A stretch of DNA of 64,000 nt, from positions 64,001 to 128,000 of the IMG/VR virus record IMGVR_UViG_3300020399_000132; one strand, 5' to 3'. Numbering within the stretch: position 1 is the stretch's first letter; every line of letters starts with the position of its first letter. Origin of the DNA: a virus. Lineage: Duplodnaviria > Caudoviricetes. Below the pieces are notes generated by a model, which was not told the DNA's origin, searched no databases, and was given only the letters and a program-made list of their open reading frames with translations. Shown piece by piece: positions 1-10,096 of this stretch. A program made the translations under genes and the position numbers.

Positions 1-484
1 GTTGTAACAGTTCATTCGAAAGTTCGTTGACATCGTCTTGAGCATCTTCCGATTGTTGCCTTTCCCTTTGGGCTTGGGCCGCGTCGTGTGCTGCAGGATT
101 GCTAGCAATAGAAACTTTCCTTACTCCGCCTTGCTGAGTTTGAAGATTTTTTTTCTTTGCTGCTTCAGCTGCTTTTGCTCGTGCTATAGCAGGATCTATT
201 GCTTCAGCTGCCTCTATATCCTTAGTAATTGCTTTTCTTTTCTTATGTAGGAACTTATCAGAATCGTCAGTGTCACCATCGTTGTCGATATCTTTATCTT
301 TACGATTACCAAATTTTTTCTTCAGTGCCTTAGGTTGGACTTTATCCATTTCTTCGCCGTCATCTGATATATCATTAGTGTTATCTTCTTCAACTGGAGC
401 GTCTTTCAGTTCTCTAATCATTCTAACATCTTCGGCGGTTACCGCGCTCCAATTTGCGGGATAATATTTTGACCAGTCCATCAT
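1..484 (-). CDS. Virion/internal head protein, runs off the left edge of the window (not in ORF track)
   Basis: Manual translation MMDWSKYYPANWS...DKDIDNDGDTDDSDKFLHKKRKAI...DDVNELSNELLQ, open to the window edge; start overlaps the upstream stop (ATGA). Confidence 0.8.
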   Translation of the reverse strand, partial: MMDWSKYYPANWSAVTAEDVRMIRELKDAPVEEDNTNDISDDGEEMDKVQPKALKKKFGNRKDKDIDNDGDTDDSDKFLHKKRKAITKDIEAAEAIDPAIARAKAAEAAKKKNLQTQQGGVRKVSIASNPAAHDAAQAQRERQQSEDAQDDVNELSNELLQ

Positions 485-1869
485 TTGCTCCTACTTGCAA
501 TTATTTTCGAAAGAATTTTATTATGTCTTTCTGTTTGATTTAATCTTTTTTTATCTTGTTCGAGTTTAAACTCCTCTTCTGGAGTCAAATTCACAATATA
601 TTGTCTATATTTATCTGTTCCTAATTCTAACTGTCTACCTTCGGATGCACGATTCTTATTCCATTCTTTTAAACCGAGAATTTTTTGCAATTTATTACTA
701 ACAGGGACTTCGAAATCAACTTCATCTACAGAAAGATTATCTACCATTTCATGTAAATATGTGAAATCTGTCTTATTAAAATCAACCATTCCAGACTGTT
801 CATCTAATATTGTTATATAATCAGTTGTCTTTTTAATAAGTCCTCTTAATTTTGAAAGTTCCCAAAGTTTTACTTTTTCCGTTATTAATTCATAAGTTCC
901 AAAAAATTCTTGGCATTCTTTTAAACATCCTTTAATATAAGCTATTTCTTGAGTATGATATGGTAAAGTTTTTATATATTCAAATATTTTAGTAGCTCTC
1001 TTATCTACACAAAATATTTCTCCTTCAAATTCAACATTCTCCATCCATAAACTCTCTTTAACATCATCATCATCTCCAGGATACTTCACTGGAAGCGCTT
1101 TTGGCATATGAGTAGAAATAAAACTATCCGCAGCCTTTTTTTGTTGTTTTGGGGTTATCCCCTTAGGCTTCTTCATCACTGCTTTGCTCGGTCGTATTTT
1201 GCTTATATCAAGCACTTCCGTACTGAGTTTTTCTTTTATTTGCTTTTCCATTACACTAAGTTTCATTTGTTTTCTTAATAATTGATATAAGCTTCTTTTG
1301 TCTCTTTCACTTAAAGTGTCGGGTAAACCTGTTTTAAACGCCTCGAAATCGCTGTCTATGGCGAGAGATCTTAACTTAGATGCAGACATACCGGTCGCGT
1401 CATCGGCATCAGGATCTCTTTCTCCCGCGCTTTCTATATCTATTTTTTTAAAATTATAAAACCCATGCGGCTTATCTTTAACGCCATTATATTGAGATAA
1501 GAGTTTTTTAAAATCATTTACCCTATCACTTCCAACAACCATAACAATTTGTTCATATCCATCATCATGTAATAATGAAGCAGTTTTCAGAACATCTTTG
1601 GATTGCTCTTTAGAATATTTGAAAATGTCTTGGCCTCTTACCTTAAACATTTTCTTCATCCATTTGATTTTATCTTTATAGTCCAATGGATTTTTTTTCG
1701 AATCCTGAGAGGAACTTAAAAAAACAAAAGCATCTGCCCGATTGCGAGAGGCCACTGTTACAATTTTATTAACTAAAATTTCATGACCGGTTGTTGGAGG
1801 ATTAAATCGACCAAATGTAAATACAGCAGTTTTTAACGTACCTTCCCGTAATTCGGCAAATGTTGTCAT
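481..1869 (-). CDS. Cytidylyltransferase-like (HxGH nucleotidyltransferase) protein of T4-like marine phages, with C-terminal extension
   Basis: FTFGRFNPPTTGHE, VVGSDRV, SAGERDPD, MSASKLR motifs. Confidence 0.85.
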   Translation of the reverse strand: MTTFAELREGTLKTAVFTFGRFNPPTTGHEILVNKIVTVASRNRADAFVFLSSSQDSKKNPLDYKDKIKWMKKMFKVRGQDIFKYSKEQSKDVLKTASLLHDDGYEQIVMVVGSDRVNDFKKLLSQYNGVKDKPHGFYNFKKIDIESAGERDPDADDATGMSASKLRSLAIDSDFEAFKTGLPDTLSERDKRSLYQLLRKQMKLSVMEKQIKEKLSTEVLDISKIRPSKAVMKKPKGITPKQQKKAADSFISTHMPKALPVKYPGDDDDVKESLWMENVEFEGEIFCVDKRATKIFEYIKTLPYHTQEIAYIKGCLKECQEFFGTYELITEKVKLWELSKLRGLIKKTTDYITILDEQSGMVDFNKTDFTYLHEMVDNLSVDEVDFEVPVSNKLQKILGLKEWNKNRASEGRQLELGTDKYRQYIVNLTPEEEFKLEQDKKRLNQTERHNKILSKIIASRSK

Positions 1870-2105
1870 TTATCCTCTTCACCGGGTCTTACAATTTTGT
1901 TCGGAGTTTCCTTTTGTACCATTGACACGTAAGCATCTTGAACAGATTTATTCGCAGTTTGTTCTGACATGTCCCGAATTTGTTCTTTAGTATATTTAAA
2001 CCCTTTATGTTTTTTATCTACAATTCTTTTTACAGAATTTGCTAGATCAGTATAATCTTCATTTGAAAAGGGACCATCACCGAAATAATTATGTTTATCT
2101 GCCAT
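1866..2105 (-). CDS. Hypothetical protein
   Basis: ORF with AGGAG RBS; overlaps the downstream gene. Confidence 0.7.
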   Translation of the reverse strand: MADKHNYFGDGPFSNEDYTDLANSVKRIVDKKHKGFKYTKEQIRDMSEQTANKSVQDAYVSMVQKETPNKIVRPGEEDK

Positions 2106-2143
2106 TATATTCTCCTATTATTGTAATTGATAATTAAATGTTT

Positions 2144-2416
2144 TCACCAATCTGCTCTGTCTCCGCCACCCTTCCATTCTAATCTTGCATCAGAGGCTTC
2201 TTCGATGGCGTCTAAGAATCCTTGTAACATATATGGTAACTTTTGTGGTCGCCTCATAAACTTATGAGCATAGTCTTCATATATTTGCGCAAGTTTATTC
2301 TTACTTCTTTCAGGAGCATCCTCAATACAGTCCCGTAACGCATTAATCAGTTTATCAGAAGCCTTAGATTCAAATAACGTGGCTTCTTTTGTAAAAATAG
2401 GTCTCATTGGTCCCAC
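2144..2416 (-). CDS. Hypothetical protein
   Basis: ORF in operon; start may be at 2407. Confidence 0.65.
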   Translation of the reverse strand: MGPMRPIFTKEATLFESKASDKLINALRDCIEDAPERSKNKLAQIYEDYAHKFMRRPQKLPYMLQGFLDAIEEASDARLEWKGGGDRADW

Positions 2417-3636
2417 TCCTTTTCTGCGGTGAAATTTATTCTACTAAATTCCATCCTGTTAACTAATTTTAAACCTTTTTGATTATCAAAAGTATCTATA
2501 GCAACAAAACCTTCTGGTTTAGTTACTCTATACCCTGAAGGGGTTTTTATAAAAGTATTTGTTATTCCTTTTACTTCTTCTAATTTTTCAACTATAAAAA
2601 GTTTGATATTATTTATTAATGATATTAATCGAAATATGATCTCTATTTGATCCATGGAACCATTTAAAGTTTTCATATATCCATCAACAGTCATTTGTTT
2701 TCTTTGCCTACCTCTTTCAGACTTTAACTTCCCAACTTCGTTCTGCATTTTATTCTCAATCCACTTAACACAATCTTTTGCAGATCTTTTATAGTTATCA
2801 ACAAATTCACCTTCTCTAACTTTTGTGTTCATGAATGTTTTAATGTGCGTTCTGATAATATTATCTTTTGATATATTATCTAAAAATCTTCCATTAACTT
2901 TATTAAAATCTTTTCCTAATTCAGAAAGCATTCCAGTTATTTTAGTGGTATCTGATTGAGTAAATGTCGCTGATCCACTTAAATCGGTAAAATCTGCATT
3001 TACAGCCCAAACATCTCTATGAGAAGACCATAGGTTTATATCTGCTCCAAATTCTGCTTTAAGATTAGTTAAATCCTCAGCGCCGGATGTTTTATATGTT
3101 GTATGAAAAACAATCCCTACTTTAGCAGCAATAATTTTTTTAGCTAATTCAGTATTTAATGGAGCGGCATATGTTATAGTATTAGGTGTAAAAGTAACAT
3201 ACTTTTCTTTATCAATTGTTTTAATTTTTTTATCTTTATTATCTGTCCAAAGAACATCTCCATGGAATATATTTCCTGGTATATTTAATTTGGGCAAATG
3301 TTCTAAAAGAGCAGACATTTTTGGATGTAAAGGCCCGCCACCAAAATGTTCATCTACGTCTGATTGTGTAAAGCAAGGTTTCCTCATTGATTTATAATCA
3401 ACGAAAAATTTTCCATTAGGATGAATTCCTGCTACCGCCGCCGGAGCGCCATCCCATTTAACTGTAACATTAACAGCTTCTTTATTATTACCTGCTAACA
3501 TGTCTCTTAGCGATCTCAGAAAATTAATAGCACCTCTAGTACCATTAACTCCTCCATTCAACACCTCATCTTCGAGATGTTCCATATGAAGATTTTTTCC
3601 TGATGCTTCTATAAGAAATTGTTTGTAAGATTTCAT
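2404..3636 (-). CDS. Conserved T4-like phage protein (KNLHMEHLED / TVKWDGAPA / PEGFVA family)
   Basis: Characteristic motifs; MKSYKQFLIE capsid-targeting-like N-terminus. Confidence 0.8.
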   Translation of the reverse strand: MKSYKQFLIEASGKNLHMEHLEDEVLNGGVNGTRGAINFLRSLRDMLAGNNKEAVNVTVKWDGAPAAVAGIHPNGKFFVDYKSMRKPCFTQSDVDEHFGGGPLHPKMSALLEHLPKLNIPGNIFHGDVLWTDNKDKKIKTIDKEKYVTFTPNTITYAAPLNTELAKKIIAAKVGIVFHTTYKTSGAEDLTNLKAEFGADINLWSSHRDVWAVNADFTDLSGSATFTQSDTTKITGMLSELGKDFNKVNGRFLDNISKDNIIRTHIKTFMNTKVREGEFVDNYKRSAKDCVKWIENKMQNEVGKLKSERGRQRKQMTVDGYMKTLNGSMDQIEIIFRLISLINNIKLFIVEKLEEVKGITNTFIKTPSGYRVTKPEGFVAIDTFDNQKGLKLVNRMEFSRINFTAEKEWDQ

Positions 3637-5168
3637 GATAAGTGCTTTTTAATTATATTTGCCAACTCCAGACGATTGCCTACGTTTTTCTTCCCAGATA
3701 TAATATTCATAAAATCACTAAAGGATCTATTATCTCTCGGCGCACGTCCTTTCTTTTTCTCTAAAGGCTCTTTTTCTCTCAAATAGGAATCTATGGTATT
3801 TTTTAAAGTATTATTTTTATCTGTTGCTTTATTATACTTTTTTATTGCTGCTCCCTTTGTCCACTTATCATTCATTAAGGCATTCGCAAATACATCACCT
3901 AGGATATCACCATATCCCGATTCACCTTTAACCAATTTTGCCGGTGTATATGGTTCTACTTTTAATCTTGGTACAAAATTTCCATAACCACCTTGTTTCC
4001 AATCTAAAGCCCAGTCATAATCAATATCAACTTTACCAGCAACACTAAGATAATCTTGACCGGTTTTAAATGCATATGCATTTAAATTCGCTGGATTATA
4101 ATAAAAAATAACATCATGAGATTCTTTCTTTGCATATACGTTCATACCATTTGCAACCCAAATATGCATAAAAGTATTAGGCTCTGTCACACACATTTTT
4201 TTATCTAGGTAAATGGCATCATTAAATTTAATTCCACCATCCATTCCACCTTGACATGCAGTGCATACTTTTTTCCACATATCTGTAATTTGTGTAACAG
4301 AGGCGCCATGTTCGTACAACCTTATTGATGCTTCGTTCATTGCCGCTGAAAATTTTTCTTTCTTTATAACTCCACCTCCGGAAGATTTATCAACAACTCC
4401 TAATCCAACATTTCCAGGAACTTCCGTAGCACCAGTTGTTTTTTTCCAAAAGTCATCAAAAACTTTCTTTCCATCTCTGAATCCATCTTTTTTACCAAAT
4501 GCTGCGCCACTACCCTTTTTCGCTTCTGGGTCGTCCGATTCTAAATCTTTACCACCTTTTTTTAATTCGATAACACCTGGTGTGCCGGCGACTCCACCTT
4601 CAAAATAAACATCACCTTTACCATCTTTACCTTTACGCCCACTAGGATGATTTAAAATTAAAAAAATCTCACCACCACCCATATTTCTTTTATCTATTTG
4701 AGGTTCCCAGGAAACAAACCAATTATAAAATGCTGGATTATTAATTAAAGGATTGGAATCTTTAATATATTTTTTGTTACCAATATTAGTCCCCTCACCT
4801 TTTAGAGCATCAGTTACTATGGCGTCTGCATCAACTAATTTTCCGCCTATTAATTTGTTTATAAAATCTAACTTCTCTTCTACTTTTACATTTATTTTAA
4901 TAATTTTTGACATCAGAGCTTCTTTAGCCACTTCTACTTTACCTGTTGTCATTTTCCTATTATCAAATAATTCACCGATTCTCATTTCCATATTGGGAAC
5001 AAATACTGCTTCGTATGCTCTATCAATAGTCTCCTGAGGAGCTTGCTTTAAAATTCTCAAAAGAGGGGCCAATTCTGGAGCATTAATATTTCTTATATCT
5101 TTTTCCAGAAGAAGCGCTATTATATGTTCGGCAGATTCAGTCATAAAATTTTTATATGTTTTTTTCAT
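3633..5168 (-). CDS. Hypothetical protein, probably packaged in the head
   Basis: MKKTYKNFMTE N-terminus; 511-aa ORF. Confidence 0.7.
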   Translation of the reverse strand: MKKTYKNFMTESAEHIIALLLEKDIRNINAPELAPLLRILKQAPQETIDRAYEAVFVPNMEMRIGELFDNRKMTTGKVEVAKEALMSKIIKINVKVEEKLDFINKLIGGKLVDADAIVTDALKGEGTNIGNKKYIKDSNPLINNPAFYNWFVSWEPQIDKRNMGGGEIFLILNHPSGRKGKDGKGDVYFEGGVAGTPGVIELKKGGKDLESDDPEAKKGSGAAFGKKDGFRDGKKVFDDFWKKTTGATEVPGNVGLGVVDKSSGGGVIKKEKFSAAMNEASIRLYEHGASVTQITDMWKKVCTACQGGMDGGIKFNDAIYLDKKMCVTEPNTFMHIWVANGMNVYAKKESHDVIFYYNPANLNAYAFKTGQDYLSVAGKVDIDYDWALDWKQGGYGNFVPRLKVEPYTPAKLVKGESGYGDILGDVFANALMNDKWTKGAAIKKYNKATDKNNTLKNTIDSYLREKEPLEKKKGRAPRDNRSFSDFMNIISGKKNVGNRLELANIIKKHLS

Positions 5169-5183
5169 ATGATTGCGTCTGGG

Positions 5184-5912
5184 TTAATTCTTAATATGAA
5201 TAGAATCGGTACCACCAGGTTCGCCATGATTTTTCCATGAACCGCCGGCTTTAGACCATTTCTTACAAACTTTTTCCAAGTCTTTTGAAAATTTTATAAT
5301 ATTTTCTTTAGGAAAAACTGTGCCCTCACCATGGGAATGTTGATATTTGTCATCCGATTCGTCTGCCCAGCCATCAACCCATTGCGCAGTACTTTCAATC
5401 TGCCTCATAATCCATAATGCCGTTTGTAAGCCTTTATCTTTAACTCTATAGCCTTCCAGTACTTGCTCGACTTCTTCCTTTGGATTAAACGTTCGATTGG
5501 AATTACACCACTTTTCGATTTCTTTAGCGGTCTTTTTATCGCTTGAATCAAATTTTCCATATTCCATAAAATCTATCGCGTCATTACCCTGACTTGGACC
5601 TATCTTATCCGTCACAGCTTTTCCTTTACCATCTTCAACATATACGTGAAAGGCAATATTTTCATCTGCACCTGGTGTGGTATCTGATGCGTCATGATAT
5701 TTAACAGGTGTTATTGAAAAATCTCCACATTTTATTGATTTACCTTCGAAGCCGTCAGACTTACCAGCTCTAGCCTTCTTTGAAGATAACTTTTTAAAGC
5801 CGGCTTCAATATCTCTAGCAAGATCTTCTTTTATGCTTATTCTTCCTCCCAGCCGGCCGCTGCTTAATCCATCCGTCAGTCCTTCGAGGGCTAAATCCTT
5901 ATAAGTTTTCAC
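5184..5912 (-). CDS. Hypothetical internal head protein
   Basis: MKTYKDLALE N-terminus; AAGGAG RBS. Confidence 0.7.
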   Translation of the reverse strand: MKTYKDLALEGLTDGLSSGRLGGRISIKEDLARDIEAGFKKLSSKKARAGKSDGFEGKSIKCGDFSITPVKYHDASDTTPGADENIAFHVYVEDGKGKAVTDKIGPSQGNDAIDFMEYGKFDSSDKKTAKEIEKWCNSNRTFNPKEEVEQVLEGYRVKDKGLQTALWIMRQIESTAQWVDGWADESDDKYQHSHGEGTVFPKENIIKFSKDLEKVCKKWSKAGGSWKNHGEPGGTDSIHIKN

Positions 5913-5963
5913 ACTTTCTCCTTCGATTAATTTTAGAATTATACTCTATATTAGAATTATACT

Positions 5964-6581
5964 CTATTTATTGTTTTTAAGATAACTGTATTTCTTTCTT
6001 GCTTGAGATCTCATTTTATTAGCTATCTTATTATCTATTGTAGCATACCTTGCATACGAATCGCAAGTTTTTTCTTCTTTATTATAAAGAAACATATCAA
6101 AGGCGAGTTCAGAACTATACGCATCTATCTCAAATGGGCTTGAAAAATAATCATTATCTTTTTTCTTTTTGCCGTCATCTATTTGTAAAGAATGTGTTAA
6201 TTCATGAATGAAAGTGAGGGTAAGTTGTTGTTTGTAGTTTTCCCAAGCATCTTCCGGAACGGATAGTTGTTGCGTATAAAATTCTGGTGATAAGTTAATT
6301 GTTATTTCTAATTCAGATTCTGAAATATGTTCTTCAGGAACATTAGCGGCTCCATCAAAGGTCATTTCATATAAAGCATGGCTTCTATCTTTTCGTATAT
6401 TAACATAACAAGAAAAATCTAATTCTTCTTCTAATATTTCTTCCATTCTATTGGCGCAGTGATGCCAATGAGAAATAGGTTTCCGGAAACCGAATTCCAA
6501 CGTATTATAAGAACCCTTAAATTCTTTAAAGGCTTCGTTTATACATCCTAATGAATTTTTAACAAAATCTAAATCATTCAT
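5964..6581 (-). CDS. HExxH metallopeptidase-like hypothetical protein
   Basis: FIHELTHSLQ and YFSSPFEIDAY; likely start MNDLDF overlapping the end of gp41. Confidence 0.6.
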   Translation of the reverse strand: MNDLDFVKNSLGCINEAFKEFKGSYNTLEFGFRKPISHWHHCANRMEEILEEELDFSCYVNIRKDRSHALYEMTFDGAANVPEEHISESELEITINLSPEFYTQQLSVPEDAWENYKQQLTLTFIHELTHSLQIDDGKKKKDNDYFSSPFEIDAYSSELAFDMFLYNKEEKTCDSYARYATIDNKIANKMRSQARKKYSYLKNNK

Positions 6582-7983
6582 ATTGAAAATTCCCGAAGTC
6601 AGCCTTATTTCTGTGTCTATTATCAGTAGAGATATCAAACAGCGGTTCATCATCTTGTCCGCTGTCCGATATGTCTACTTGAGCTCTTTGATCGACATCA
6701 TAAAGTCTCATTTTACTTCTATCTACTCCAATAATAAACTTTCTATAAGATGTGGGATCATTATATCTGTTTTTCAATTGTTTTACAAGCATTTGATTTA
6801 ATTCTTCCATTTCTTCAGAAGATATAAGTGCGAACATAAAGTCAGCAGTTGCTGGTAAACCAAAACTCTCAGATGTATCTTCTAAACCAATATCTGTACT
6901 TGTAAACCCCGATCTGGTTGTTTGTGTTGCAGACATAATCGGAACATTATATTCTACAGCTAAGCCTCTTAATTCTTCGGCAATAGATTTAATATATGTG
7001 TATGAATTAACATTGGCTCCTGCCTTTATTCTAGAAGATGTGCAAATGTTTAAATAATCTATGAATATTATATCGGGAACAAAATTACGTTTCAAGCTTA
7101 ATTCACCTAATAAATTTTTAAAATGCATTGCACCGGCAGATGCAGTAGGATATTCTTTAATAATTATTTTACCATTGGTTTTTCCTTTGAGTTTATCTAT
7201 TTTCTTTTTATACATATCTCTAGGAATTTCTTCTAATTGACTCATAGGAATATCTAAAAGATTCGCATCAATTCTTTCAGCGATCCTTTCTTCCGCCATC
7301 TCCATGGTGATGTAAAGAACATTTTTATTAATAGAAAGACAACTAGCGGCTTGATGACACATGAATAAAGATTTACCAACTCCAGTTCCTGCTAAACAAA
7401 TATTTAAGGTCTTCTTAGGTAAACCCCCTTTTGTAATTTTATTAAATAACTCGAGATCAAATTCAAGTTTTTCTTCTACTCTGTGATAAAAATCAAATCT
7501 ATCTTCTGCGTCATCAATAAAATCATGTCCGACATGAGGATCAAAGGAAACGGCTAGAGCATCTGATAAAACAGTGGGAATTGCTCCTTTAGATAAATGA
7601 GTCTTCTCATTACCTTCAAGAATTGCGATAGCATTCACTACAGCATTATATATTGCTTTATCTTGACAAAATGTTTCTGATTGTTCTAAAAGCCATGGTG
7701 TGATGTCTTTAGAATCACTAGGCTTATCTAAAGTATTAATTATTTCATTAGATTTAGAATATTCTGTTTCATGTATACCCTCTAATTGATCTAAATCTAT
7801 TAATAAACTTTGTTTGGTTGGTAAGTCATTATGCTTTAAAATATATTCTTGAATTAATTTAAAAACTATCTTTTCAGATGAATCTTCAAAATATTCAGAT
7901 TTTACGTAAGGAACAACTTTCCTCGTAAAATTTTCATTATGTATTAAATGTGATAGTATCAGGCGTTCTATCCGCGGTGTCAT
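6574..7983 (-). CDS. 41: Replicative DnaB-like DNA helicase (T4 gp41)
   Basis: Walker A AGTGVGKS, ITMEMAEE, IFIDYLNI, SESFGLPATADF, KQLKNRY. Confidence 0.97.
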   Translation of the reverse strand: MTPRIERLILSHLIHNENFTRKVVPYVKSEYFEDSSEKIVFKLIQEYILKHNDLPTKQSLLIDLDQLEGIHETEYSKSNEIINTLDKPSDSKDITPWLLEQSETFCQDKAIYNAVVNAIAILEGNEKTHLSKGAIPTVLSDALAVSFDPHVGHDFIDDAEDRFDFYHRVEEKLEFDLELFNKITKGGLPKKTLNICLAGTGVGKSLFMCHQAASCLSINKNVLYITMEMAEERIAERIDANLLDIPMSQLEEIPRDMYKKKIDKLKGKTNGKIIIKEYPTASAGAMHFKNLLGELSLKRNFVPDIIFIDYLNICTSSRIKAGANVNSYTYIKSIAEELRGLAVEYNVPIMSATQTTRSGFTSTDIGLEDTSESFGLPATADFMFALISSEEMEELNQMLVKQLKNRYNDPTSYRKFIIGVDRSKMRLYDVDQRAQVDISDSGQDDEPLFDISTDNRHRNKADFGNFQYE

Positions 7984-8344
7984 TAGTTTTTACTCCTTCC
8001 TTTTCACTCTCTTCTTTATATCTGTCCCATAATAATTTAACTAAAATTTCTCCAATCATATATTCAAATTCAACACCTTCTTCATCAGAATGTTCAACAT
8101 CCTGCAATTCTGGCGGAACAAGAACAACATCGTATTCATATTTCGCATTACTTTCTCCTTGTTCGTCCGGAGGTGCAACTTGAAACTTCCCTAATTTTAT
8201 AACAGTTCCTTTAAAAGGGCCCGTATTTAATTCAACACACATTTGAGAAACATCCTCAGGATGTTCCGGATGAGGAACTAAATTATAATAACTATTAATT
8301 CTATCGTAATCTTCTTGTGTTAATTCATTCATTCTTTTTACCAA
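7937..8344 (-). CDS. Hypothetical protein at the T4 gp40 position
   Basis: Synteny between uvsX and gp41; acidic small protein. Confidence 0.55.
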   Translation of the reverse strand: MVKRMNELTQEDYDRINSYYNLVPHPEHPEDVSQMCVELNTGPFKGTVIKLGKFQVAPPDEQGESNAKYEYDVVLVPPELQDVEHSDEEGVEFEYMIGEILVKLLWDRYKEESEKEGVKTNDTADRTPDTITFNT

Positions 8345-8559
8345 CCCGTTATTTCTGTTCGATTATCCTCTAGAGGAATCCATTGCATTGTTTGTTCCTC
8401 TCCTGTCCATCTAGCAGAAACTATTGGATAAGTTCCCCAAGCTCTTTCTACAGCGGCTTCTCCCCCTCGACATATTTTTTTTGTTCCATCTTCAAACGTT
8501 AATTCCACTACTTTAACTTTCTCTATTATCATATTATCAGTCGACATGTTCCTCTTCAA
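8338..8559 (-). CDS. Hypothetical protein
   Basis: ORF overlapping both neighbours. Confidence 0.6.
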   Translation of the reverse strand: MKRNMSTDNMIIEKVKVVELTFEDGTKKICRGGEAAVERAWGTYPIVSARWTGEEQTMQWIPLEDNRTEITGW

Positions 8560-9598
8560 GAGCTGATTCTTCTTCTACTCCCATTTCGCCATATAAAAAT
8601 TCTTTTCCGGCAACTACATCAATCTGATCGAGAATTTCTTTTGTAAAATATTTTGTGGGATTTTTTAAAACTGTTTTTAGAAATACCTTTTCTCCATCAG
8701 GCATTTCTAATCTAGTAGAAACTTTTTTAAAGATTCCGTACTTCTCTGCTAATTCTGCTAATCCATAATATCTATTCAATCCTTCTTTAAATGTAAGAAG
8801 AACATCTACCATTTTATGTTCTTTTGTGAGCCTAGATTTATAAGTTCTACAATGAACTATATTACCAATTACTTCAGTACCATCCTTTTCTTTCTTTTTA
8901 GATAGAAATACGATACTAGATGCGGCATAATGTAAGCCCGTTCCCCCACCCATAATTTTTTGAGGAAATAATGTTCCTATTTGATCGTATGTGTGATTAG
9001 TAACAACAAGAGGTACTTTAGCTTTACCACCTAATAAAGTTAAAACCCTAAATGTGCCTTTAACCATTTGTGCTCTGGTCATATCTCTGGTCTCTTTACC
9101 GTCACTAACATCTTCCATTTCTTTAGTAGTAGAAAGATTACCTAATGAATCTAAACATATCATCATTGGTGGACGAGACTTGATGGGTTCTTCTAAATGT
9201 TTTTCTAGAATTTTAGTTGCTTGTGTTCTGAATTCTTGAACCGTAGCAACAGGTAGGATAATCATTCGTTTAGAATCGATTCCTCTTGATTCTATCATAT
9301 CTTTGGTTATGGCAGATTCACTTTCAAAATATATAACTCCACCAGTAGGATTATCTGCGAGAAATTGTCTGACACAACCTAAAACGAAAAAAGTTTTGCC
9401 TGTTGAACTTTCACCGGCAAATGCTGTAATTTTATTAGATGGTAATCCGCCATAGATGCTACCGGATAATTGAGCATTTAAAATATACGATCCGGTATCA
9501 ATAAAACTTTCTACATCGCCTGCTTCAACACCATCACTTACTACTGCGCCATATTCATTATTAGCTACTTGTAGCATTTCTCCAAAATAATCGCTCAT
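8537..9598 (-). CDS. uvsX: RecA-like recombinase UvsX
   Basis: [34 protein letters not shown]. Confidence 0.96.
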   Translation of the reverse strand: MSDYFGEMLQVANNEYGAVVSDGVEAGDVESFIDTGSYILNAQLSGSIYGGLPSNKITAFAGESSTGKTFFVLGCVRQFLADNPTGGVIYFESESAITKDMIESRGIDSKRMIILPVATVQEFRTQATKILEKHLEEPIKSRPPMMICLDSLGNLSTTKEMEDVSDGKETRDMTRAQMVKGTFRVLTLLGGKAKVPLVVTNHTYDQIGTLFPQKIMGGGTGLHYAASSIVFLSKKKEKDGTEVIGNIVHCRTYKSRLTKEHKMVDVLLTFKEGLNRYYGLAELAEKYGIFKKVSTRLEMPDGEKVFLKTVLKNPTKYFTKEILDQIDVVAGKEFLYGEMGVEEESALEEEHVD

Positions 9599-9629
9599 AA
9601 AACCTTTTTCAATTAATCATTATATTTTT

Positions 9630-9664
9630 CAAAAAAGGGGGGCAATATTCGGCTCCCCCTTTTG
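9630..9664 (-). terminator. Rho-independent terminator (possibly bidirectional)
   Basis: Minus strand AAAAGGGGGAGCCGAATATTGCCCCCCTTTTTTT. Confidence 0.75.
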
Positions 9665-9672
9665 CATGCAAA

Positions 9673-9758
9673 GTGGCGCACACCTAAGCCCAACGCCGAA
9701 GCAGGAACAGCAGGATGGCTAAGCCTCGGGGTTTAACCCAAGTCTGCCGATGCGCCAC
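9673..9758 (-). ncRNA. Candidate structured RNA between the small membrane gene and the terminator
   Basis: GC-rich island closed by GTGGCGCA/TGCGCCAC; internal CTTGGG/CCCGAG stem and a GC-TTCG-GC tetraloop. Confidence 0.5.
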
Positions 9759-9767
9759 AATTTCTAG

Positions 9768-9989
9768 TTATGACTTGGAATAAATTCCCCAGAGTACCCA
9801 TATCGCAATTAAACCGACAAAACCTTCTTGTCCTAATTGTTTTACAAGTGCTACAACAGAACCCACGATATCAATTCCGATAAACGGTAAAGCTGCACCA
9901 AAAATAATCTGAAGAACTACGCCAAGAGCAATAACTGCTAAACCAAGTTCAGTGATGGAACGAATCCATCCAAGTACTTTATCTACCAT
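9768..9989 (-). CDS. Small membrane protein
   Basis: 73 aa, 2-3 hydrophobic helices; AAAGGAG RBS. Confidence 0.8.
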   Translation of the reverse strand: MVDKVLGWIRSITELGLAVIALGVVLQIIFGAALPFIGIDIVGSVVALVKQLGQEGFVGLIAIWVLWGIYSKS

Positions 9990-10096
9990 ATATTGTTCTC
10001 CTTTTATTTTATATTATTCTCTCACCACGGTTAAACATAATTTCTGGTAACTCAGCTCATTCCGAACTACCTTACTATGCATATTTATCAAATTCT

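Noticed and set aside
9673-9758. tRNA-Sec or SRP RNA
   Set aside because: No TCA anticodon arm, T-loop or CCA end; the SRP domain IV consensus is not properly matched.
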